Source: Methanobacteriota archaeon (GTDB taxonomy: Archaea > Thermoplasmatota > Poseidoniia > Poseidoniales > Thalassarchaeaceae). Taken from it: a stretch of DNA of 64,000 nucleotides. The notes under the pieces are model-generated. The model did no database searches. It was not told where the DNA came from and saw only the letters and a program-made list of their open reading frames with translations. The position numbers and the translations under genes are program-made. The stretch is from NCBI GenBank assembly GCA_002708385.1, contig PANM01000013.1, positions 1,411 through 65,410 of the forward strand. Direction: 5' to 3'. Below are positions 10,952 to 19,082 of this stretch, piece after piece. Each line of letters opens with the position of its first letter. The first letter of the stretch is position 1.

Positions 10952-11838
10952 TCTTCTTCAGCCCCTGAATTTGATGGCTTAGTTTGTTTTGACTTAATTT
11001 TCTTTGTTGAATCTTCATTTCTTTTTTTCCGAGCGAAACTGGAATCGCCTCCCTGTTTCACTCTTTCCATATCCTTAAGCAGGTCAGGGTAACCTACCCC
11101 TAATTCACTAAAGCCATCGTTTAATCTACGGCCCCAATGTTCTATCGCATAATCAGATTGGGAAAATAATTCCTTTGCTCTATCTAATTGTCTTCTCAGT
11201 TCTCGTAGCTCAGATTGTAGGGCTACCTTTTTGTCATGCAAAGGCTGTGCCTTTTCAACTGCTTTAATCATATTTTTATGAGCCTTATTGGCAATTGAAA
11301 ATAAATAAGAAACTTCTCTTCTAGAGTCAATATATTCGGCCATTTCAGGATTCGAATCCCTTCTTTCTCTAAGCCATTTTTCATTCTGCTCAATCAATTT
11401 TTTCCTACGCTCAATCAACTTCCTTTCGGCCTTATGATCCAAGGCGGATGTCTGAATTTGTTCTTCTATATCCTCTAATTCTTCGAATAATTTTTCTTTT
11501 TTCCAATCAGGGTCAAGATTAACCATTCCGCCAGATTCGACCAAAACATCTCGATGCGTTTTAACTTTAGGAATTAATTCTCTTGCTCGAATTTGAGCTT
11601 GATCTCGTTCATCTTTCAACCGTGCTACTGCTTCATTTGCTCTTTGATGTATTTCAACAGATCGAGACACCTTTGGCGATAAATTCTGTTCCTCGGCCTC
11701 CAAGGTTCTGATAACTGTGGGTAACTGCTCATTCAACAACATCCTTCGGTTCAATAAGGCCTGCGCTAAATGGTCGGGCGTCACTGCCAGGAGAGCCTCA
11801 GAGTCCATATGCATGCGGCGCAAATTAGAATCTGCCAT
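10948..11838 (-). CDS. Coiled-coil protein, divergent COG1340-like (paralog 3)
   Basis: Helical heptad pattern, with IEEQIQTSALDHKAERKLIERRKKL resembling the COG1340 central motif. The ORF extends to a GTG at 11847, but the ATG at 11838 (MADSNL) is the more likely start. Confidence 0.6.
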   Translation of the reverse strand: MADSNLRRMHMDSEALLAVTPDHLAQALLNRRMLLNEQLPTVIRTLEAEEQNLSPKVSRSVEIHQRANEAVARLKDERDQAQIRARELIPKVKTHRDVLVESGGMVNLDPDWKKEKLFEELEDIEEQIQTSALDHKAERKLIERRKKLIEQNEKWLRERRDSNPEMAEYIDSRREVSYLFSIANKAHKNMIKAVEKAQPLHDKKVALQSELRELRRQLDRAKELFSQSDYAIEHWGRRLNDGFSELGVGYPDLLKDMERVKQGGDSSFARKKRNEDSTKKIKSKQTKPSNSGAEEE

Positions 11839-11840
11839 AA

Positions 11841-11857
11841 AGGTCACTACGTGACCT
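11841..11857. promoter_or_regulatory. Perfect 7-3-7 inverted repeat AGGTCAC-TAC-GTGACCT in a divergent intergenic region; candidate operator
   Basis: Read directly from the sequence. Lies between the coiled-coil operon start and the operon that encodes a DtxR-family regulator. Confidence 0.35.
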
Positions 11858-11904
11858 ATTTTTGGGGTTTCCTTGATAGGTAGACCTGCTCCGACTTCTC
11901 GCTA

Positions 11905-13797
11905 ATGCAGGCAAGCCTTAGTCGAAGCAGCATGTTTGTATTGGTTGCATCAATAATTCTAGTCACGCTATTTTCGATTAATGTCAGTGCAGAGCAACGA
12001 TTTACCATAGAAAACCCATTGGATTGGGACACTACTCTCATCGATGCATCTACATCAGAGCCATCTGGAAACGATTCTGCATATGTCGGAGATTACATCC
12101 TAATCTCAATTGAACTCGATAATTCAGATACAACTGCCGGCCATGATGAGTGGTGGTTCGTAATGGAGATTCAAGGTCAGTCCTCTCCCGCATTGACGGG
12201 TTTTCTAGAGGGGGCACAAGATGTTGTTTTGGTTAATGTCACCTTTGGCCCCCTTCCTGAGGGTGTCTTGCTTCTTACATTCGGCATAGAATCTTCTGGT
12301 CAAAATAAGAGTCTAACTTTTGGCGTGGAACCAAATCCAATTAATCTCACCGCTGCAGGCTCTCCTGAGATAGCAATAACAGGTGAGCCTGTCCACAAGG
12401 GCGATGCGTTAACTGCCTCAATTTTAGTCCATAACCAAGGGGACTCACCTCAAATTGTTAGTCTTCAAATTATTGAAGGTGACCTCAGTCCAATTCAAGG
12501 ATCGGGTGTAGAAATCAACCCAGGGTCAAGTAGGGAAGTCTCTACCTCTTTCCTACCTTCATCAGTCGGTTCGTTGATTTTAGATTGGAGGGTAGTCTCC
12601 AATATCGGTGGGGTTGCCCGTGAATTAAACGGGAGTACCACAATAGAGGTTCTAGATTCACAATCATTAGATCTTGTAATTGATTCTACCGATTGGGATA
12701 TAGAAAACGGATTAAATTCAGAAATATCTCTTTATCTTAGTCAAGGTCGGTCTCGAACTGTTGAGATTGAGATTTCTGTAGTTGATCAGGCCATAGAATC
12801 TACACTACAAACTTTCCAATTTATGATGGACCCTGGAAAAAGAGATTTAACGCTCCCACTTGGAAATCCATCCGCTGACTCTTTGATTATCAGAGTGACT
12901 GCAATATCTTGGTTAGCCACTAATGATATAGAAATTCAAACTATATTAGTACCACCTTTGTTGGATTTGGAAGTAATTGCAGGTATTCCAAATCCAATTG
13001 AACCTATAGTAGGTGGAAGTGTACAACTTCCATTTAGTTTAGCGAATAATGGGAATACTCCTACACTATTGGGTGAGGTGAGGGTAGTAAGATATTCAGA
13101 CAGAATGATACTTGATTCTGTCAATGTAGAATCGGTCAATTCTGGTGGCGTTATCAATGATGAATTTTCGATAAATAATTGGCCTGATTCGAAAGTCGTG
13201 GAAGTTGAAATCATTTGGATTACTAGTGGGCAGACAAAAAGTAAACTGCTAGAAATAGAGACTTATTCTGATCCAAACGAAGACGCCGAATTGCCTTTTG
13301 ATTTGATGGCGTCAATTTACGGAACGATATTCGGCTTAGTAATTGTAATCTTCATCTTAGTATTATACCGGACAGTATCTGAAAACGTAGAGGACACAGG
13401 TAAATCGCGATTTAATCAATTACGCGCCTCCCGAGGGGAGAAGAAGAAAACAATAACTGCTGAAAAAAGAGAGATCAACTGTCCGGAGTGCGATCAGCGA
13501 TTGAATATCCCGAATTCTCATTCAGGAGCGGTCAAATGCCCTGCATGCACATCGAGGTTTACAGTCGAAGCAATACCCACAAATGATGACGAAAAATCTG
13601 ACAATACCTCCACTTCAGACCAAGAATCAATTGAAAATAATTTAGCATCGTCTAATGATTTAATTGCAAGTTCAACTACTGATATGTTATCCTGTCCTAG
13701 TTGTGACCAATCGCTCAAAGTTCCTCTTGAAAGGCGACCGGTAAAGGCGAGGTGCCCTGCTTGCCGTTCAGAATTCCTCGCCGAAGAGGGTGATTAG
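11905..13797 (+). CDS. Surface-anchored protein: signal peptide, beta-rich ectodomain, one TM helix, cytoplasmic tail with two zinc ribbons
   Basis: N-terminal hydrophobic signal (MFVLVASIILVTLFSINVSA). TM helix IYGTIFGLVIVIFILVLY. Tail motifs CPECDQ..CPACTSRF and CPSCDQ..CPACRSEF. Confidence 0.65.
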   Translation: MQASLSRSSMFVLVASIILVTLFSINVSAEQRFTIENPLDWDTTLIDASTSEPSGNDSAYVGDYILISIELDNSDTTAGHDEWWFVMEIQGQSSPALTGFLEGAQDVVLVNVTFGPLPEGVLLLTFGIESSGQNKSLTFGVEPNPINLTAAGSPEIAITGEPVHKGDALTASILVHNQGDSPQIVSLQIIEGDLSPIQGSGVEINPGSSREVSTSFLPSSVGSLILDWRVVSNIGGVARELNGSTTIEVLDSQSLDLVIDSTDWDIENGLNSEISLYLSQGRSRTVEIEISVVDQAIESTLQTFQFMMDPGKRDLTLPLGNPSADSLIIRVTAISWLATNDIEIQTILVPPLLDLEVIAGIPNPIEPIVGGSVQLPFSLANNGNTPTLLGEVRVVRYSDRMILDSVNVESVNSGGVINDEFSINNWPDSKVVEVEIIWITSGQTKSKLLEIETYSDPNEDAELPFDLMASIYGTIFGLVIVIFILVLYRTVSENVEDTGKSRFNQLRASRGEKKKTITAEKREINCPECDQRLNIPNSHSGAVKCPACTSRFTVEAIPTNDDEKSDNTSTSDQESIENNLASSNDLIASSTTDMLSCPSCDQSLKVPLERRPVKARCPACRSEFLAEEGD

Positions 13798-13822
13798 AGG
13801 TAATTAATTGAGAGGTGAGAAA

Positions 13823-14473
13823 ATGAAAGAGTTGAGCGAGTTTGAAGAGATGTACCTAAAACGGATGTTTGAGATACACGCCAAAGAACCCTCAGCCATA
13901 GTCAAGACCTCTAGTTTAGCAGAGATGATGAGTGTTAGCGATGCATCAACCACAGAAATGATTCAACGTTTAGCAGGTAGGGGTCTAGTGACTTACATAC
14001 CATACAAGGGGTCTAGACTCACAACTGAAGGTTTTTCGATTGCTGCCAAAATTAAACGACGTCAACTTCTAGTTGAAATGCTGTTGACAGATGTAATTGG
14101 TTTTGAAGGTGATATTCATTCGATCTCTTGCGAAATGGAACATGCGATAAATGACCAATTAGAAGCAGCGATAGATAGTCTCTTGGGATATCCTGAGGTA
14201 ACCAATTCAGGAGAACGTGTTCCGCAAGTAGCCAGACACTTTGAAACTGACATTCATACTACCCTTTTACCAATATTGAATATGCCTGATGAAAGCTCAG
14301 GAGAAATAGAGTTCATTGCTCTTTCAGGACAAGAATCCAAAACCTTGGAATCTCAAAACGTTAAAATTGGCAATGTCGTGTCTAAATCTGACAATGATTT
14401 GTTCGTTAATACGCAGCTAATTTCAATTTCCGATAATTTAGCCAAGAAAATTTTAGTCAGATTAGGAGGTTGA
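13823..14473 (+). CDS. DtxR/MntR-family metal-dependent transcriptional regulator
   Basis: N-terminal wHTH pattern (EEMYLKRMFEI.., SSLAEMMSVSDASTTEMIQRLAGRGLV). Dimerisation/metal block (RRQLLVEMLL.., CEMEHAI). C-terminal FeoA/SH3-like segment. The ORF opens at 13808. Confidence 0.8.
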   Translation: MKELSEFEEMYLKRMFEIHAKEPSAIVKTSSLAEMMSVSDASTTEMIQRLAGRGLVTYIPYKGSRLTTEGFSIAAKIKRRQLLVEMLLTDVIGFEGDIHSISCEMEHAINDQLEAAIDSLLGYPEVTNSGERVPQVARHFETDIHTTLLPILNMPDESSGEIEFIALSGQESKTLESQNVKIGNVVSKSDNDLFVNTQLISISDNLAKKILVRLGG

Positions 14474-14476
14474 ATC

Positions 14477-16066
14477 ATGGAAGATGATGATACTTATAGT
14501 TTAGAAAAGGCTCTAAGTTCTTTAACGGATTTACCTGCAGAGAAAGAGCCTAATCTAGAAGAAAGAAACTCACATAACCATGAATCTAAATCAGGGATAG
14601 TAGAAACCGCCCAAATAAAACCCTCAAAAATTCATGGTTTGAGAAGCCAAGAAAAGACCCTACTCCGGATAGATAGACTACTAGTCAGCGGGGGGGTTCG
14701 TTTTGTTTTGTTTTTACCGTTAATTGTAGTCGTTAATTTTGGTCTCGCCCATTCTTACAGAAACACTACTCCTGAATGGTGGATCGAACACATGCAGGAA
14801 GTCGCACCGGTTGAAATGCACCTAGGGATTCATTTCCTTTCATTATTTATTTTAGTAGCAAACATGGCTTTGTTAATTCTGCTATTCCGTTTGCTAACTG
14901 TCACAAGAATGATTTTTCAACACGAAGCTGAGGCTCTTACAACAGCCGGATTAACATTCAAAAGTTCACACGGTTATGCCGAAATGCGTGCAACGATTAA
15001 TGGCTCTAGGAGGCAATTAGGTGCAACAATAACATTTCTTCTATTTGCAATAATTTTCCTTGCAATTGCCTTATGGTTAGCACCTGATGGTGATTTGTCC
15101 CCAAGGCTTGTGGCTCTCTCAACAGGCTCTGTACTCGCAGGTCATGGAACCTTCCTCGTTTCGAATAATTCTCGATTTAACGCCAACGAACCCTGGGGCA
15201 TGCTAAATGCTTTCTCGCCACCTATACATCCCGCATTATTGACAAGACCTTTTTCAGATGTAATTAAGGCTCATATTGACCCGTTGTTGGCAGTTAGGAT
15301 ATCTGAATACCTCCGAACAGTCGAGAATGAAGTCAATCCTGGTTTTTCAATGACTCAAATGCAAGAAACTCTTCTTCACCTTCTACATCTAAGGAGAAAA
15401 TCATTAATCGATGAAAAGGAATTCAGAGCCGCACTTTCCGAAATGATTGATACAGATTCGATTGACAGATTTTTCGATCACCCAGAATTAGGCCAGGAAA
15501 CCTGGGACCGCCTTTTATCAAGAGCGATGATAGATTGTGCCCCATTTTTCCGTCTTCATGACAGGTTACACATGAGGCATCAAACAGCTAGAATAGACGA
15601 TGTTTGGTTTGATGTAGATATGGAAAATTTAGTAGTTGGTCCTGCAAACTTATTTGCATTCATACTTAATCAAACCAATGAAGTTCAAGATCTAGTTTTA
15701 AGAGTTCAAACTCCAGACTTTAGACCGAATGAATGCGAATATCGACTCAAGGTAGAACCTCATAAATCGATTTTATTTGATGGAATTATTTCACCTAAAC
15801 TTACTGAAACTTTACCTAATTTACTTAACTCTACGAGAATAATTTGGCAGAGTTTACTCCCATCAGGTACGGGGGAATCTACCGTTACTATCCGCCTTGA
15901 AGATCTGGAAGGAAATTTAATTGCGGGTAGAGTTCTTACAGTCCAAATCCGAAACGATTTGTTTACACGTCTAAGGATGACAACAGGCGCACTTTTCATC
16001 TTGGGGGCTATAATTGCTATCTTGTCGCCAATATTACCATTTGTTGGTTCAGTACTCGGCCTGTGA
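14477..16066 (+). CDS. Multi-pass membrane protein of unknown function (529 aa)
   Basis: Several hydrophobic helices at both ends. Starts 4 nt after the DtxR stop, so likely co-transcribed. SHOCT-like LRRKSLIDEKEFRAALSEMI segment. Confidence 0.6.
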   Translation: MEDDDTYSLEKALSSLTDLPAEKEPNLEERNSHNHESKSGIVETAQIKPSKIHGLRSQEKTLLRIDRLLVSGGVRFVLFLPLIVVVNFGLAHSYRNTTPEWWIEHMQEVAPVEMHLGIHFLSLFILVANMALLILLFRLLTVTRMIFQHEAEALTTAGLTFKSSHGYAEMRATINGSRRQLGATITFLLFAIIFLAIALWLAPDGDLSPRLVALSTGSVLAGHGTFLVSNNSRFNANEPWGMLNAFSPPIHPALLTRPFSDVIKAHIDPLLAVRISEYLRTVENEVNPGFSMTQMQETLLHLLHLRRKSLIDEKEFRAALSEMIDTDSIDRFFDHPELGQETWDRLLSRAMIDCAPFFRLHDRLHMRHQTARIDDVWFDVDMENLVVGPANLFAFILNQTNEVQDLVLRVQTPDFRPNECEYRLKVEPHKSILFDGIISPKLTETLPNLLNSTRIIWQSLLPSGTGESTVTIRLEDLEGNLIAGRVLTVQIRNDLFTRLRMTTGALFILGAIIAILSPILPFVGSVLGL

Positions 16067-16111
16067 CTTTTCATCAGGTCCATTCAAGAAGCAAACACTT
16101 GTGGCCGTCAC

Positions 16112-17098
16112 GTGTCTGAAGAGAGTACCAACCCAGACGATGACCTCAGGAGTCGTCTGCATGCAATGGAGACAAAACTTCGACGTATGAGAGATAATCG
16201 TAACAGTCACAATGAAAATGCTCGTAGAGCTGCTGATTCAAGAAATGCTGTTCAGGAGCAAGCACAGGCAATCAGAAAATCCATAGATGAATTTAAGTTA
16301 CAGCAAAAGGAAATAAGAGATAAAGCACTTATTCACAAGGCCAAGCGTGATGAAATTCAAGGCCATATCCGCGAATTAATTTCCAAAAAGCGTGGTCGAA
16401 GAGATGAAGAAAGAGGTTCCAAATCAATTGTTATTGAATTGTCTGAAACGGAAGGGCAAATCGAGAGAATCGAAAGGCGATTAGAAACAGATGGCCGATT
16501 AAAATTAGAGGATGAAAATAAACTCCTCAAAGAATTAAAGAAATTGATAGGTAAGCGAAATGAACTACTACCTGCGGTTAAGGAACACCAAGCGATAACT
16601 ATTGACCTTGGAGATATGGATGAATCAATAACACGCCTCAAGGCCGAGGCGGATTCTGAACACCAATCAATGCTAGATTGTCATAAACAAGCAGATGAAT
16701 TATGGGAGGAAATTAAGCCTCTTTTTGAAGAGAGAGATTTCTTGAGAGCCGAAGGGGATCGACTTCACAATGCTTTCCTAGAGGCCCGCAAATCAGCCGA
16801 TGAAGTTCATTCGGAAATGAAGGTGCTTTTAGACCAAGTTAATGAAATTAGAGATTCAATTAAAGCCGCACGCGAAGAACGTGAAAAGACGATTAAAGAT
16901 CATAATCAGTCCGTAAGAGACGCATTCAGGTCTCCTTCTGAAAGTGAAGAATTAGCAGGCTCCTTAGAAGAAATGTTGTTGCAGAGCGGGTCGCTTACAT
17001 TGGGCGGAACCGGAATGGAAAAAGAACCAGTATCTTCAGAAGATAAGCTTAGGAAAGCCAAAAAGAGAAAGTTAGGTACCACTAGAGGTAAGGTTTGA
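16112..17098 (+). CDS. Archaeal coiled-coil protein, COG1340-like (paralog 4)
   Basis: Two-lobe heptad pattern (IERIERRLETDG.., EHQSMLDCHKQADELWEE.., RLHNAFLEARKSADEVH) and a basic tail KAKKRKLGTTRGKV. GTG start. Confidence 0.7.
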   Translation: MSEESTNPDDDLRSRLHAMETKLRRMRDNRNSHNENARRAADSRNAVQEQAQAIRKSIDEFKLQQKEIRDKALIHKAKRDEIQGHIRELISKKRGRRDEERGSKSIVIELSETEGQIERIERRLETDGRLKLEDENKLLKELKKLIGKRNELLPAVKEHQAITIDLGDMDESITRLKAEADSEHQSMLDCHKQADELWEEIKPLFEERDFLRAEGDRLHNAFLEARKSADEVHSEMKVLLDQVNEIRDSIKAAREEREKTIKDHNQSVRDAFRSPSESEELAGSLEEMLLQSGSLTLGGTGMEKEPVSSEDKLRKAKKRKLGTTRGKV

Positions 17099-17100
17099 GG

Positions 17101-18090
17101 TTACCATCCTCTCTCTTCTAGACGTACATCCAAGGTTTCAATTTCTAAACCCGGCATTGGTTCTCCTATCATTGCACTTGCTTCAGCAACAATCGATGGG
17201 TCCTCAAAATGATGAGTCGCTAGAACAATAGCTTCGGCTGTTTGCACAGGATCAGAACTCTTGAAAATCCCTGAGCCAACGAAAATACCATCCATTCCAT
17301 GTTTCATCATCAATGCAGCATCCGCAGGTGTTGAAATCCCTCCTGCTGAGAATGTTACTACAGGTATTCTACCAAGCTTAGAAACATCCTCCAGAACTGC
17401 TGAAACTTCTGTCCTTAGTTCTTCTATAGTTCCGAAGGGTGTATGTGTTGTCTCTAGTTTGAAAGATGAGACTTTCTCAACCCGATGAAATCCTTCCATA
17501 ATGGTATCAACCATTTCCTCTCTTCCATCTTTACCGACAGATTGTGCGTGAGCGATTTCGTCAGCAACCAATCTCGCATGTTGCACTGCACTGACTACAT
17601 TTCAAGTTCCTGCTTCGCCTTTTGTTCGCATCATAGCGGCCCCTTCGGCTACCCTTCTCACCGCTTCACCTAAATTTGTGCACCCGCAAACGAAAGGAAC
17701 TGTGAAGTTATTCTTTGCAATATGGAAAAAAGGGTCAGCAGGTGTCAATACTTCAGATTCATCAATCATATCAGCCCCTAATGCCTCCAAAACTCTGGCC
17801 TCTTCATCATGGCCGATTCTGGCTTTTGCCATGACTGGTATTGAAGTGGTTTCTATAATTTCTTTGATCATATCAGGGTGACTCATTCGAGCAACCCCTC
17901 CGCTGGCTCGAATATCGGCGGGCACTCTCTCCAACGCCATCACAGAAACCGCTCCTGCATCTTCTGCAATGTGGGCTTCCTCTGCGTTGACGACGTCCAT
18001 GATTACTCCGCCTTCCTGCATTTTAGCGAAGCCTCTCTTCAGCAACTCTGTGCCGTGACGCATTCCTGACAGGTCAACTCGTTGAGTCAT
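17101..18090 (-). pseudogene. pdxS: Pyridoxal 5'-phosphate synthase lyase subunit PdxS, interrupted by a single in-frame TGA (17602-17604)
   Basis: The two ORFs (17602-18090 and 17101-17586) are in the same frame. Read through they give ...[20 protein letters not shown]..., matching the conserved GEAGTGNVVEAVRH block. The C-terminus ends in RGW. Confidence 0.85.
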
Positions 18091-18149
18091 ATCCCTGCCT
18101 GAGAGTAATCACTCATCAATATATGTCTAAGTCCAGTAGCGGCTAAACT

Positions 18150-18437
18150 TCAATCAGCGAGAACGGGAGAATCACCCGTGGCAATTTCTAGTTCGAGGCT
18201 TTCATTCTCATTCCTCTCGATCCATTCCATTTCTTCATCGGGAACATCAGTATCGGCAAAAATCGCTTCGACCGGGCATTCTGCAACACAAGCAGCACAA
18301 TCTATGCACTCGTCAGGGTCGATGACCAAATATGTGTCTGCTTCTTTGAAAGCCTCGACTGGACATACTGCCACACAATCCTGATACTTGTGTCCGACAC
18401 ATGCGCTTGTCACTACGTGGGTCATCTCATCACTCAA
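18150..18437 (-). CDS. Ferredoxin with two Fe-S cluster motifs
   Basis: [10 protein letters not shown] and [17 protein letters not shown] cysteine motifs plus an acidic C-terminus. Confidence 0.85.
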   Translation of the reverse strand: MSDEMTHVVTSACVGHKYQDCVAVCPVEAFKEADTYLVIDPDECIDCAACVAECPVEAIFADTDVPDEEMEWIERNENESLELEIATGDSPVLAD

Positions 18438-18504
18438 ACTTGCGTGGGGGATTTAGCATAAGAATCCTTGTCAGCATTTTTAACAAAAATCTCTTATATA
18501 GTGG

Positions 18505-18954
18505 TTATTCAAAGACGGCACTTCCAACTAAAGTTGTAATTATTTCGCTTGGTTTTTGACCTGGGTAAGATTCAATTTTGAATCGACCTTTGACAGCATT
18601 TTTTCTTTCAGGTCCTTGCGCTAGTCTGTATTCTCCTGAAACCAATGCAGATAATGAAAGCCGTACATGCAATACTTTGTCGTCATCAATTTGAGATTTG
18701 AGGCCATTGCTGACAATTTCTTCCAAGACTCCTTCTCCTAATTTTAAAAAACTCAATTTAGCAGATTTTTTATTCGTGATTTTCATTTCTAGTATAAACT
18801 GGGGTGCTCCGTGATAGGATTTACCTTTCTCTCGAATTATTTCTGATGTTGTATCGGAAAGATTCTTCATTGCTTGCTCAATTAGATTGATGTCATCAAC
18901 ACAACTACAGTGTATCCTCCAAGATACGCCGTGGAATGCCATCATCACCTCCAC
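18505..18954 (-). CDS. Hypothetical protein, possibly a DUF54/COG1931-type RNA-binding protein
   Basis: Size and alternating beta/alpha pattern only; weak recollection of the family. Confidence 0.35.
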   Translation of the reverse strand: MEVMMAFHGVSWRIHCSCVDDINLIEQAMKNLSDTTSEIIREKGKSYHGAPQFILEMKITNKKSAKLSFLKLGEGVLEEIVSNGLKSQIDDDKVLHVRLSLSALVSGEYRLAQGPERKNAVKGRFKIESYPGQKPSEIITTLVGSAVFE

Positions 18955-19082
18955 GAATGGGCAGCCCTTGAAGAACTCCCTTTCGGCATTTGGAAAGTTA
19001 GGGCATAGGGGCTTTCATTCAAATACTGGATGGAAGTCGGCCGGTTTGCAAACGGGGTAGCCCCCGATACGAGGTGTTTCTC

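Noticed and set aside
11340-11362. tRNA-like T-loop sequence GGATTCGAATCCC (and GGTTCGAACC at ~23380)
   Set aside because: No acceptor or anticodon arms can be folded around them, and both lie inside well-supported coding frames.
17602-17604. Genome-wide TGA reassignment (e.g. to Gly) or selenocysteine as the explanation for the pdxS in-frame TGA
   Set aside because: TGA clearly terminates rpoB, rpoA1, rpoA2, pntAB and other genes at conserved C-termini. The interrupted position is an invariant Gly, not a redox Cys/Sec site.
19044-19053. 10-bp palindrome GTTTGCAAAC, ~30 nt upstream of the rps3ae ATG
   Set aside because: It is short enough to occur by chance in 64 kb, with no second copy or associated regulator noticed.
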